Below are positions 41,257 through 51,075 of a stretch of DNA of 64,000 bases, piece after piece. Origin of the DNA: Leptospira sp. (GTDB lineage: Bacteria > Spirochaetota > Leptospiria > Leptospirales > Leptospiraceae); assembly GCA_034439575.1 (NCBI GenBank), contig JAWXAQ010000008.1, positions 271,359 through 335,358 of the forward strand, given 5' to 3'. Below the pieces are notes generated by a model. That model was not told the DNA's origin and did no database searches. It saw only the letters and a program-made list of their open reading frames with translations. Numbering within the stretch: the first letter of the stretch is position 1; the number at the start of each line of letters is the position of its first letter. A program made the translations under genes and the position numbers.

Positions 41257-41903
41257 TGTTTTAATTTACCTTTGTAAGTTTGTCGGAACAATTGATACCT
41301 CGGTATTGATACATTGACAACATAAGATTGGTTAGGATTTTTTTTGATAAAATCTTGGTGATATGATTCGGCTTGATAAAAAGCTTCCAATTTTTTAATT
41401 TCCGTCACTATAGGACTTGGAAAGCGCTTTTCCGATTCATAATTTCTTTTGATTTCGTAAGCGATATTTTTTTCTTCTTCTGTTAGATAAAACAAAATGG
41501 AGCGATACGAATTTCCAGAATCTGGACCTTGTCTATCTAAGGTAGTCGGATCGTGCGAATCAAAAAACACACGGCAAAGTTCTTTGTAAGAAATAATTTT
41601 CGGATCATAAATAACATAGACAGTTTCGGCATGTCCCGTAGTTTCCGTGTTAACGCTATCGTATGTTGGGTCAGCTGTATGACCGCCCGCGTAACCAGAA
41701 ATAACTTCTTCTACTCCTAGCACAGATTCAAAAATATGCTCACTGCACCAAAAACATCCTTCGGCAAACGCTGCAATTGCTTTTCCTTTTTCAGGCGTGA
41801 GCGGTAGTTTTGTGATACTACCATCCTTTTCAGGAAAAATGTGACATTGTAAAAAATATGTACTAATTAGGAAAAAAACAATTGAACAACGAATTTTTTT
41901 CAT
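41253..41903 (-). CDS. msrA: Peptide-methionine (S)-S-oxide reductase, lipoprotein-type
   Basis: GCFWC, SGYAGG, TGHAE, HDPT...RQG.D.G..YRS, AE.YHQ; lipobox FLQC. Confidence 0.95.
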   Translation of the reverse strand: MKKIRCSIVFFLISTYFLQCHIFPEKDGSITKLPLTPEKGKAIAAFAEGCFWCSEHIFESVLGVEEVISGYAGGHTADPTYDSVNTETTGHAETVYVIYDPKIISYKELCRVFFDSHDPTTLDRQGPDSGNSYRSILFYLTEEEKNIAYEIKRNYESEKRFPSPIVTEIKKLEAFYQAESYHQDFIKKNPNQSYVVNVSIPRYQLFRQTYKGKLKH

Positions 41904-42122
41904 TTTTTATAAATAATCCTTTTATATTTCTAGTTTCAATAATGATTTCGTTTTAAGAAGAAAAAAGTTACAAAATAAATTAATTTTTCACACTATCGTA
42001 GTATTTAAAAATACTCTAAAATTAGAATATTGATTGCCTTTCGTATGAGCATTGTTATGATTACCTCTGCACTTTTATAAATATTATGTTTTTTATTTGG
42101 ATTTGATTAGTAAAGGTACTAT

Positions 42123-44279
42123 ATGATAGCTACATTTGGAAAATCTATTTTACTAGTTGAAGATGATGCTATTTTGGCTCTTCTGGAAAAAAAACAATTA
42201 CTCGAAGAAGGATACCGTGTAAGCCATGTAACGAGTGGGGAAAAAGCACTAGATTTGGTTTTCGGAAAACGGGAAATTTTTGATCTCATATTGTTGGATA
42301 TTGATCTTGGAAATGGGATCGATGGTACAGAAACCGCCACTCAAATTTTAAAACAGTTAGAAGTACCAATATTATTTTTATCCTCTCATACTGAACGTGC
42401 AGTTGTAAGAAAAACAGAAACGATCACATCTTATGGTTATGTGGTGAAAAATTCTGGGTTCACGGTACTTGATGCGAGTATTAAGATGGCGTTTAAATTA
42501 TTTGATGCTCACGAAAATATCAAAAATAAAAAAGAACATTTGGAGACAGTATTGCATTCGATAGGTGATGCTGTGATAGCGACAGATAAAGAAGGAATCG
42601 TTGTTAAAATGAATCCAGTTGCAGAATATTTGACAGGTTGGAAATTTGATGAAGGACAAGGTAAAAAGCTAAAAGAGATTTTTAAAATAATTAATGCAAA
42701 AACTAGATTAGAAGTAGAAAATCCAGTAGATATAGTATTAAAAACAGATAAAATCGTAGGACTTGCAAATCACACAGTTCTGATTTCTAAAAATAATAAT
42801 GAATTTCAAATAGCCGATTCAGGATCTCCCATTAAAGATTTAAATGGAGAAACTAAAGGTGTTGTACTGGTATTTCGTGATGTCTCAAAAGAATATCAAA
42901 TTCAGAAACACATCGCAGAACAAGCAAATATGCTAAACCATGTAATGGATGCAATCATTGCTACAGATGCTTTCTTAAATATAACTTATTGGAATCAGGC
43001 CGCCAATTATATGTATGGTTGGAGTGAAGAAGAAGTGATTGGTAAAAATTCCAAGGAAGTTTTAAAAACAGAATTTTTAAATATTTCACGCGAAGAGATT
43101 ATTGATCGACTAAATAATTCTGGCATTGTTCGCACAGAGGCCAAACAGATTCGAAAAGACAATACTTATATCGAAATAGAAGCTAATACAATATTATTAA
43201 AAGATGATGATGGTCAAAAAATAGGTTATCTTTCCGTAAATAGGGACATCACAGAAAAAAACTTCGCAAAACAACAACTCATAGCTTCCCAAGAACGATT
43301 TATGGAAATCATTGAATCTGCGATGGATGCTATTATTAGTATAGATAAAAATAAAAACATTATATTATTTAACGATGCCGCCGAACGTATGTTCGGATAT
43401 TCATCTTCTGAAATGATAGGTTCACCCCTGGATAAATTAATTCCTCTAGAGTTTAGACCAAATCATGACAAACATATTGATAATTTTGGCAATACGGGCG
43501 TTAGTCGAAGAGCGATGGGTGAACTTGGACAAATTCATGGGATGAGATCTAATGGTGAAATTTTTCCTATTGAGGCCTCGATTTCTCAAATCAGGCTAAC
43601 AAATGAAAAAATTTATACAGTTATTTTAAGGGATGTGACTCTCAGAAACAATAGTGAAGAAAAAATTAAAAAATTACTCAAAGAAAAAGAGAATATACTC
43701 AAAGAAATCCATCATAGAGTAAAAAATAATATGAGTGCGATTTATACTTTGTTAACTCTCCAATCTCGGGCACAAAGTGATTCTGGTGTTAAAACCATTC
43801 TATTAGAAGCTGCAAGTCGTGTGAAGAGTATGATTGTTCTCTATGACAAACTCTATCATTCATCAACAGATAACAGTGTTTCATTGAAGGAATATTTTCC
43901 AGATATATTTAAAGAAATATTGGATATTTTTCCAAATGAAATTTTATTAAATTTGGAAATACCAGATGAAGATTTTGAATTAAGCCCTAAATTACTTTCA
44001 CCTCTTGGTATTATAATTAATGAACTAATTACAAATAGTATGAAGCATGCATTTCCGCCAGCTTCAAAAGGAAATATTCATTTTGGAATAAGTCGAGAGA
44101 ACCAAAAAATCCAAATAATATACAAAGACAATGGTTTAGGTATCCCAAAAAATCTTACTTTTGAAAATAGTACAGGCTTTGGTCTACAACTTATATCCTT
44201 GTTAGTTTCTCAAATAAATGGAACAATTACTATGGAGAACGATTCAGGTACAAAATTTATTATTATTTTTGAGGTTTAA
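42123..44279 (+). CDS. Cytoplasmic sensor kinase: REC-PAS-PAS-PAS-HisKA_2-HATPase
   Basis: LLVEDD...LLDIDL receiver, three PAS/PAC repeats, EIHHRVKNN, NELITN..KHAF, DNG.G, GFGL. Confidence 0.92.
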   Translation: MIATFGKSILLVEDDAILALLEKKQLLEEGYRVSHVTSGEKALDLVFGKREIFDLILLDIDLGNGIDGTETATQILKQLEVPILFLSSHTERAVVRKTETITSYGYVVKNSGFTVLDASIKMAFKLFDAHENIKNKKEHLETVLHSIGDAVIATDKEGIVVKMNPVAEYLTGWKFDEGQGKKLKEIFKIINAKTRLEVENPVDIVLKTDKIVGLANHTVLISKNNNEFQIADSGSPIKDLNGETKGVVLVFRDVSKEYQIQKHIAEQANMLNHVMDAIIATDAFLNITYWNQAANYMYGWSEEEVIGKNSKEVLKTEFLNISREEIIDRLNNSGIVRTEAKQIRKDNTYIEIEANTILLKDDDGQKIGYLSVNRDITEKNFAKQQLIASQERFMEIIESAMDAIISIDKNKNIILFNDAAERMFGYSSSEMIGSPLDKLIPLEFRPNHDKHIDNFGNTGVSRRAMGELGQIHGMRSNGEIFPIEASISQIRLTNEKIYTVILRDVTLRNNSEEKIKKLLKEKENILKEIHHRVKNNMSAIYTLLTLQSRAQSDSGVKTILLEAASRVKSMIVLYDKLYHSSTDNSVSLKEYFPDIFKEILDIFPNEILLNLEIPDEDFELSPKLLSPLGIIINELITNSMKHAFPPASKGNIHFGISRENQKIQIIYKDNGLGIPKNLTFENSTGFGLQLISLLVSQINGTITMENDSGTKFIIIFEV

Positions 44280-44359
44280 AATTTGAAATTCTTTCTATTC
44301 CAGATTTGAAATTCATGACAATTAATGTATGTGAATCTTTGAAAAATTAGGAAATTAGA

Positions 44360-45118
44360 ATGAATTCTTTGTTAATTTGGAAAGACTTTGCAGTGTATGC
44401 GGGTCCATCTTTTTCCACTCACCGTCATAGCCATTTTTTTCATCAAATTTGTTTAGGCATTGATGGACCTTTTCAGCTTAAAGGAAAAGATGAAAAATTG
44501 TATTCTTATCAGAGCGCATATATTCCATCGGGAACTAGCCACGAAACGATTGGAACTGATACAAATTTTATAATTCTACTTGTTGATCCATTATCTTTTG
44601 GACTCAATTTATTTTCTGAAGTTTCCGTAATAGATGGAGAGCCTGCCTGTGATGTATCGCTATTTTTCACGCATTCAGAAATAGATAAATATTATAATAT
44701 ATATTTAAATGAACCTGAATATTTTCGTTCCAAGCTAATCACGCAATTAAGCAAGATAGGATTGGGTAATGATTTTTCTACAGATAAAAGAATTTTAGAT
44801 AGTATTGAAAAGCTTTATCTTTCTTCTGATCGACTAACGCTAACCGAACTTGCTAAAAGAGCAAATATATCCACAAGCCGATTCCGTCATCTTTTTAAAG
44901 AGCAAATAGGAATTCCTTTATCTGCGTATCAACTTTGGTTAAAAACTAGAAAGGCCATTTTATATCTCGTGGAGAATCAAAAATTAATAGAAGCCGCATA
45001 CGAAGGGGGTTTTTCTGATCAGGCGCATTTTAGTCGAATATTTCGCAGGTCTTTCGGATTAAATCCGAGCGAGTTCCAAAAAAATAAATCTTTCACGATT
45101 AAAATTTTTAAGGAATAG
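44360..45118 (+). CDS. AraC-family transcriptional regulator
   Basis: H.H.H..Q cupin-like N-terminus; S.SRF.HLFK..IG, AY.GGFSDQAHFSR.FRR.FG..P. Confidence 0.92.
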   Translation: MNSLLIWKDFAVYAGPSFSTHRHSHFFHQICLGIDGPFQLKGKDEKLYSYQSAYIPSGTSHETIGTDTNFIILLVDPLSFGLNLFSEVSVIDGEPACDVSLFFTHSEIDKYYNIYLNEPEYFRSKLITQLSKIGLGNDFSTDKRILDSIEKLYLSSDRLTLTELAKRANISTSRFRHLFKEQIGIPLSAYQLWLKTRKAILYLVENQKLIEAAYEGGFSDQAHFSRIFRRSFGLNPSEFQKNKSFTIKIFKE

Positions 45119-45163
45119 CCTTTTCCTTCAAGAACTGTATTTAAATTTTTGCTATGATGGATC

Positions 45164-46204
45164 ATGAGTAAATCCAAGAATCCATATTGTATTAAAGCAA
45201 TATTCAAAAAAATATTTTTAGGTTTCAGTCTATCTATCGTTATTTGCTTTTTTTTACTCGGTGTTTATTATTTTGTTCATAAAAACAAATTAGAATTAGT
45301 TGAGAAAGAGTGGAATTTGCGAAAAATTCCAATTCCTTTACATATAGGAACAACAGAGACTCTATCAATATTACCTCTCATCAATTGGCATAGTTTTAAT
45401 TCGAATTTGAAAACGGAATTGGGAGTTTCATATTTAATTAAAATAGATAATCACAATATACTTTTTGATTTAGGTCAGAACAGATTAGAAGAAGATCCGT
45501 CCCCTCTTGAACATAATATGAATTTACTTAACATCGATTACAATGATATAGATTCAATATTTATATCACACGGACATTTTGATCATGTAGGCGGAAGAAA
45601 ATGGGAGAAGGCTCATACATTTTCTTTTGGAAATCTGCAAAGAGACTTAAGTAGAAAATTGATTTTTGCTTCATCTGCGCTTCAATACCCAGGTGCTGTC
45701 GTGAAAGAAATTCTTGAACCTTCACTGTTATTTGAGGGTGTCGCAAGTCTTGGACCTATTCCAAGAAAACTATTTATTGGAAGAATCGATGAGCAGGCGT
45801 TAGTTATCAATGTAAAGAATAAAGGCCTCGTAATCATCTCTGGATGTGGTCACCAAACACTACTGAAAATTTTGCAAAGGGTAAAAGAATCCTTCTCTGA
45901 ACCTATATATGGAATCATTGGGGACTTACATTACCCTGTACCAAATGGAAGGTTGAATATCCTTGGCCTAAATGCCCAACTTTTATTTGCTTCCGGAACA
46001 GATCCATTTCAACCTATATCATCAGAAGAAATTGAATCAGAAATCAACTCACTGAAAGAATTAAATTTGGGGGCGATTGGTCTAGGCGGTCATGATAGCA
46101 GTGATGAAGTGATTTCCAAATTCAAGGAAACCTTTGGACATAAATTTCATAGGATACTTGTCGGAAAATGGATACATATAGCCCAATCATTCAAGACTAA
46201 ATGA
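45164..46204 (+). CDS. Membrane-anchored metallo-beta-lactamase-fold hydrolase
   Basis: N-terminal TM, LFDLG, SHGHFDHVGG, SGCGH, G..H. Confidence 0.85.
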   Translation: MSKSKNPYCIKAIFKKIFLGFSLSIVICFFLLGVYYFVHKNKLELVEKEWNLRKIPIPLHIGTTETLSILPLINWHSFNSNLKTELGVSYLIKIDNHNILFDLGQNRLEEDPSPLEHNMNLLNIDYNDIDSIFISHGHFDHVGGRKWEKAHTFSFGNLQRDLSRKLIFASSALQYPGAVVKEILEPSLLFEGVASLGPIPRKLFIGRIDEQALVINVKNKGLVIISGCGHQTLLKILQRVKESFSEPIYGIIGDLHYPVPNGRLNILGLNAQLLFASGTDPFQPISSEEIESEINSLKELNLGAIGLGGHDSSDEVISKFKETFGHKFHRILVGKWIHIAQSFKTK

Positions 46205-46262
46205 AAGTATCACTTATACTATTATAATTAATTTAAAAATAACTAAGAAAGAGGAGATTCGT

Positions 46263-46667
46263 ATGAATTTTAAAATGCCATCAAATTTCAAAAAGGCTTA
46301 TTTTGTAGAACTAGATAAATACAAAACTGCGTTAATAGAAAATCGTAAACAGGATGCATGGCTTTATTTAGAAAGAGCGCATATTATCGGTCAATACCAT
46401 CCGGTACCTCATACGGGTATTCATTTTCGTATGTTAGTTTTTGCTCTGAAAAATTGGGATACAAATGAAATTGTAGGTCAAACGTTGCGACTGTTAGTTG
46501 GATGGTTTGGAAGCCTTCTGAATCGTGTTCCAATAGGGAATACTGGTAGCGCCAATATGCCAATCCTTGCACGGAGAGCCATTCCAGAAGATCTAACGGG
46601 ATTACTAGCAAATGCAGATACAAGTATTTCAGGTTTAGCGGGGCTGAAGAAAAATTCTCAAAGTTAG
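46263..46667 (+). CDS. DUF3703-like protein
   Basis: LERAHI.GQ.....HT..H..ML...E..GQ..RL...P.GNTG.A....IPEDL. Confidence 0.8.
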   Translation: MNFKMPSNFKKAYFVELDKYKTALIENRKQDAWLYLERAHIIGQYHPVPHTGIHFRMLVFALKNWDTNEIVGQTLRLLVGWFGSLLNRVPIGNTGSANMPILARRAIPEDLTGLLANADTSISGLAGLKKNSQS

Positions 46668-46674
46668 TTGGAAT

Positions 46675-47682
46675 ATGATCTTTTTTAAAAACCTAATATT
46701 ATTAAGTCCTGGGATCGGGTTTTGTCTTTTTATCGCTTGGGTAGCAAATATAATTTATAATCTGACTGGAAATAATATACCTGCTATGACATTGGCAATA
46801 TTGATCGGTATCATTTTTGGAAATACTATCAAAATTCCGAATATTATGCAAGCAGGGATACTCTTTTCACTTAGAAATATCCTTCGTCTAGCTGTTATAT
46901 TTTTAGGATTTAGGATTACCTTTCAAGAAATTATCGAAATTGGTTTAGCTGGAATCGTCATTGATTTGTTAGTTGTCATACTTACTTTTTTTTTCGCGAT
47001 GTGGTTGTCATTAAAAGTTTTTAAATTAGAACGCGAATTGGCTTATTTGATTGCTGCGGGTTCTGCTATATGTGGCGCATCCGCCATTCTCGCCACGGCT
47101 CCAATTTTAAAATCTCAGAATCATAATAATACAATAGCGGTGGCTCTCGTGACGGTTTTTGGGACAATATCCATGTTTTCCTATCCACTTCTATTTCAAT
47201 TTGGATTCCTACCTGGATTTGATGAGATCAGCTTGGGCATATTTGTGGGCGCTTCGATTCATGAAATAGGACAAGTGATATCGGCAGGATTTGCCGTTTC
47301 GGCAATTTCAGGAAATACTGCCTTGTTAGTAAAATTAGCAAGAGTTATGTTACTTGCTCCGTTTTTATTTATATTAAGTTTTTATATAGCAAAAAAATCA
47401 GAATATAAATTGAACCAAACAGAACAAATTAAAATTCCATGGTTTGTTTTGTTTTTTATTGGGATCGCTGCCATAAATTCTTTTTACCAAATACCAACTA
47501 ACATAAATACTGGTTTAAGTCAAATCGGTATGAATTTGATGTCAGTATCAATGGCCGCACTAGGATTGGAAACTAACTTTAAAAAAATACTTCAAGTAGG
47601 TGTTAAACCTTTGTATGTCGGATTTTTGTTGACGCTGTTCTTGTTTAGCATCGGATTCATTTTAACTACTGTTATCTATTAA
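46675..47682 (+). CDS. YeiH / putative sulfate exporter family membrane protein
   Basis: AILIG...GN, LR.AV..LG, ICGASAI.A, G.SIHE..QV, VKL.RV..L, MAALGL. Confidence 0.9.
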   Translation: MIFFKNLILLSPGIGFCLFIAWVANIIYNLTGNNIPAMTLAILIGIIFGNTIKIPNIMQAGILFSLRNILRLAVIFLGFRITFQEIIEIGLAGIVIDLLVVILTFFFAMWLSLKVFKLERELAYLIAAGSAICGASAILATAPILKSQNHNNTIAVALVTVFGTISMFSYPLLFQFGFLPGFDEISLGIFVGASIHEIGQVISAGFAVSAISGNTALLVKLARVMLLAPFLFILSFYIAKKSEYKLNQTEQIKIPWFVLFFIGIAAINSFYQIPTNINTGLSQIGMNLMSVSMAALGLETNFKKILQVGVKPLYVGFLLTLFLFSIGFILTTVIY

Positions 47683-47703
47683 TTTAAGAAATGTAAAATT
47701 ACA

Positions 47704-47907
47704 ATGATTAAAATATTTACTATCATGTTTTCACTTCTATCCGTCTCATTATTTGCAGAAAATGAAGATTTAATATTTGGAAATTAATTTCTTCCTGAAA
47801 AAGATCAAGTTATAGAGCTTTATCTATGTGATGGAAACTCAAATATGCTGGCAAAAAATAAACAAACAAGTTTAGACTTTGATATGTGGCAATGTATAAA
47901 AAAGTAG
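47704..47907 (+). pseudogene. Disrupted secreted-protein gene, DUF2147-like
   Basis: MIKIFTIMFSLLSVSLFAENEDLIFGN*(TAA 47785-47787)FLPEKDQVIELYLCDG...; the frame continues past the stop. Confidence 0.5.
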
Positions 47908-47932
47908 ATTTGTTTATACATTGAATTTTTCC

Positions 47933-48071
47933 TGCGCCAGGAATCGAAGCGGAAATCCCTCCAAGGAGAAATGGATTAAGGTGGAATCCCCAGATTTTTC
48001 AGGAGGATTGTAGCGGAGAGTCCGGTCGGTGACAGTAAAAAATGGGAAAATTGAAAAAGATCCGAGGCGCC
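47933..48071 (+). ncRNA. Structured intergenic element, Flavo-1 RNA motif-like (copy 1)
   Basis: gcgcc...ggcgc closing stem; core atcgaagcggaaatcc-[variable]-ggattgtagcggagag; shares blocks and covarying pairs with 61301-61396. Confidence 0.7.
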
Positions 48072-48118
48072 CAAGGATTTAATAAAATCTAAATTTGTTA
48101 GAAAAATTAAGTAAGCGC

Positions 48119-48147
48119 TTGACAAGGAAACGTATGTATAGTATTTT
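48119..48147 (+). promoter_or_regulatory. Sigma70-type promoter
   Basis: TTGACA (48119-48124), 17-bp spacer, TATTTT (48142-48147). Confidence 0.65.
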
Positions 48148-48174
48148 GAACTCGGGCTTTCCAACCATTTGATC

Positions 48175-48218
48175 GGGGGCTTTAGGCAAAATTTATTCCC
48201 TATAGCCCCCCTTTTTTT
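48175..48218 (+). terminator. Intrinsic terminator
   Basis: gggggctttagg-loop-cctatagccccc followed by cTTTTTTT. Confidence 0.8.
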
Positions 48219-48278
48219 CCCTGTCAGAACCTACCTTTAGGCTAGCTTTTTTTTAGATTTGTTTATGATGATGTGCAT

Positions 48279-49430
48279 ATGAAATGGCGCATGTTTCAAA
48301 TCTCCCTTCTCCTTTTGTTCATTTTTCATTTTCCTGTCACCCTATTTGCCGATGCGAAAAAGGCTGAATCTTTATACCAGGCGATTCTTAAAAATGGTTG
48401 GTTGGAAGAAAAAAAAGAATTGGGCCGTCGCTTAGGGGGTATGGGTGCACCAGCTGAAAGTTATATTTTAAAACTTTTGAATCATGATAGTTATTGGGAA
48501 CGTCATGCTGGTATTGAAGCCTGTTTGAAATTCAATTCACCTCCAGTTAACAAGAAGTTGGTGAATTTGTATTTGGAAGATCATATGACTGATTCTGAGG
48601 CAGAAAGAGTTTTAAAAGAAAATGTAAATCGGTATATGCCAATACTCATTTTGGAATGGGAGTCTTCCCGAAAAAAAGTAGATCGTGAAAGAATACTAAC
48701 AATTATTGGTGAGTCAAATTCTGATTCGGCGGTAAAAATCATTCGTGATGAAATAGAAGACAAAACATCTCCCTTTCGCATCAAAGCATTCCAAATATTG
48801 GCAAGTAAAAAATCAAATAATGAAAATGAATACATCAGGTCAAAGTTAGGTGACAAAGATCTGAAATCTATGGTATTGAAGTATATATTAGAAACGGGCA
48901 ATAAAGCAGATAAGGATTTGATGCTCGAAGTATTAAAAGATCCGAAAACAGGTGATCAGGAATTGATTTGGGCATTAGGAGGGATCAAAAAATGGGGGAC
49001 GTATCTAGAACAAGAAACGGAATACGCGAAAACCTTAGAAAGTCGCACATTAGGTGAAAGTTCCAAAGAATATGCGATGATATTATTTAAAGAATTTCGA
49101 AATGAATCCATCAGAGGTTCAATATGTGAACTTGCTAAAAAAGCAAAAGTGCAAGAAACAAGAATGACAGCGGCAGAAAATTTAATCCCTTTTCAAGATA
49201 TAAAGAATATAACATGCATTCAACGGATGGCTGATGAGGCTTATATTCAAGGTCAATCTCATTATGGTGCGATTGATATTTTTGCAACATTTATCACTTT
49301 AGGTTTTTCCAATGTGATGAAAGGGATCCAAGAAAATAAATCCAGGGCCAATTTTTCTGCAAGACAAGCTGAGATTAAAAAACATCTTCAATTCTTAGAG
49401 TTAAAAGCAAAGGATGCTACAGACAAATGA
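48279..49430 (+). CDS. Secreted HEAT/ARM-like helical repeat protein
   Basis: Signal peptide (LFA-D); repeated R..A...L HEAT-like helices. Confidence 0.6.
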   Translation: MKWRMFQISLLLLFIFHFPVTLFADAKKAESLYQAILKNGWLEEKKELGRRLGGMGAPAESYILKLLNHDSYWERHAGIEACLKFNSPPVNKKLVNLYLEDHMTDSEAERVLKENVNRYMPILILEWESSRKKVDRERILTIIGESNSDSAVKIIRDEIEDKTSPFRIKAFQILASKKSNNENEYIRSKLGDKDLKSMVLKYILETGNKADKDLMLEVLKDPKTGDQELIWALGGIKKWGTYLEQETEYAKTLESRTLGESSKEYAMILFKEFRNESIRGSICELAKKAKVQETRMTAAENLIPFQDIKNITCIQRMADEAYIQGQSHYGAIDIFATFITLGFSNVMKGIQENKSRANFSARQAEIKKHLQFLELKAKDATDK

Positions 49431-49810
49431 ATATGGATAAATCAGAAAATGTATTTGGAGAAAAATTATTACCCTGCTCTGAAAATCCCTTAACAGGATT
49501 CTTTCGAGATTCTTGTTGCAATACTTCCGATGAAGATTTCGGCTCTCACACCGTTTGCATCGAGGCAAACGAATCATTTTTATTGTCTCAGAAAGAATCT
49601 GGAAATGACCTTATGACACCTAGACCAGAATACAATTTTCTGGGTGTCAAACCAGGGGAGAGATGGTGTTTATGCGCGAGTCGATGGCTTGAGGCGTATC
49701 GAAATGGTGTGGCTCCGAGAGTATTTTTAGAATCCACCCACAAACGCGCGCTAGAGATCATTCCATTGGAGACTCTAGAGCGATTTGCAGCGGAGACAGA
49801 ATCTTACTAA
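49427..49810 (+). CDS. DUF2237 family protein
   Basis: NV.G..L.PCS..P.TGFFRD.CC.T...D.G.HTVC, GNDL.TPRPE..F.G.KPG.RWCLCA.RW. Confidence 0.92.
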   Translation: MNMDKSENVFGEKLLPCSENPLTGFFRDSCCNTSDEDFGSHTVCIEANESFLLSQKESGNDLMTPRPEYNFLGVKPGERWCLCASRWLEAYRNGVAPRVFLESTHKRALEIIPLETLERFAAETESY

Positions 49811-51075
49811 CGAGTATTCAGACCATCTAAATAAGCTCTGGTGAAAATAGAAGTTTTTGTGAGTAACTTCGCAAGAGTATGGTGTATTGGGTGGTCTGGT
49901 TCATATAATTTTTCATATTTTGGTATACCCAAATGTTCCAATTCCATATCCGCTTCGATTGCAGTATCAAATGCTTGTTTGGTGACGAGACTTCTGATCG
50001 AATCATAATCCATTTTGATAGTCTCAGTGGGAAGTGAAGAAGTTTGCAATGCTTTGAAAACTAAGTGGTCTTTCGCATTTGATTTAATCAGATCTTTGAT
50101 TAGATAGTATTGATATTCTTCGATCATGGTATGTCTAGCCGTTACATAATCGACCATTTCTTCTTTCGATTTTGAAAATCCGATTTTTGCAAGTATTTCG
50201 ACTCTTAATAATTTTCCTACACCTATTCTTGGTAATACGGAAGAATGATAAGGCTGAGTTAAGTCTTGTAAATAATGTAAGGCCCAACCTGCAAATCTGT
50301 AACCCCAATATGGATGACCTGTTTTAAATGCAAATTCTGAGAGTTTTGTAAATTGGTAATAACGAAATTCTGGATAGGTTCGTTTTAAAAAACCTGCTAA
50401 GGTAAAAACGATTCCCGATTCATGATAAAATCCCATATGAAATGGTGCTTGTGAAGAATATTCATAGGCAGGATTACCAAACGATTGTTCTCCGAATCCA
50501 TAGATTTTTCCTACCTCCGAATTATTGTCTTCAAACAAATACAAATCAAGATCATAATCTGGTTCGTCGACCGCTGTTACTAAAATCTCAAGTGGTGAGA
50601 CCGAACTGCCTTCTGTCAAAGGGAGAAATGATTCAAGTGGAAGTTTTCCTTTTTCATTTAAAGTTGTGATACTATCCAATATCGGCGATGGTTTTTTCGC
50701 AATGGTTTGTACGGCTTGGGTGTAGAGGAATGCTTTATGGTTTGGGTTGACACGAAGCGCTCGATAGAAAGTCAACTCGGCATTTTTTTTATCAATGGAT
50801 GTGGGATCAAAGATAAGTTCTGCTTTTGGTTTTTGAAAGTGAGGTAATTTAGTTTCGATAAAAGTATCTATTTCACTTAAGACTATGGGAAGTTTGTCTT
50901 TTTCTTTTGCGATAAAACTAGATAATGATTCGGCTTTGACTTTAGTCGGGGAATTTGTCTTCCAATAATCTTTTAATATTATGTAAGTTAAACCAGCGTG
51001 GTTGTTCCAACCATTGATTGGAGCTATAAGTAATAAGGAGATACTAATCAGAAATATTGATTTAAGTGTTTTCAT
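49807..51075 (-). CDS. Secreted zinc-dependent phospholipase C/P1 nuclease-fold protein
   Basis: Mature N-terminal W..H, DEPD, FH, LHYLQDLTQPYH, H...E. Confidence 0.75.
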   Translation of the reverse strand: MKTLKSIFLISISLLLIAPINGWNNHAGLTYIILKDYWKTNSPTKVKAESLSSFIAKEKDKLPIVLSEIDTFIETKLPHFQKPKAELIFDPTSIDKKNAELTFYRALRVNPNHKAFLYTQAVQTIAKKPSPILDSITTLNEKGKLPLESFLPLTEGSSVSPLEILVTAVDEPDYDLDLYLFEDNNSEVGKIYGFGEQSFGNPAYEYSSQAPFHMGFYHESGIVFTLAGFLKRTYPEFRYYQFTKLSEFAFKTGHPYWGYRFAGWALHYLQDLTQPYHSSVLPRIGVGKLLRVEILAKIGFSKSKEEMVDYVTARHTMIEEYQYYLIKDLIKSNAKDHLVFKALQTSSLPTETIKMDYDSIRSLVTKQAFDTAIEADMELEHLGIPKYEKLYEPDHPIHHTLAKLLTKTSIFTRAYLDGLNTR

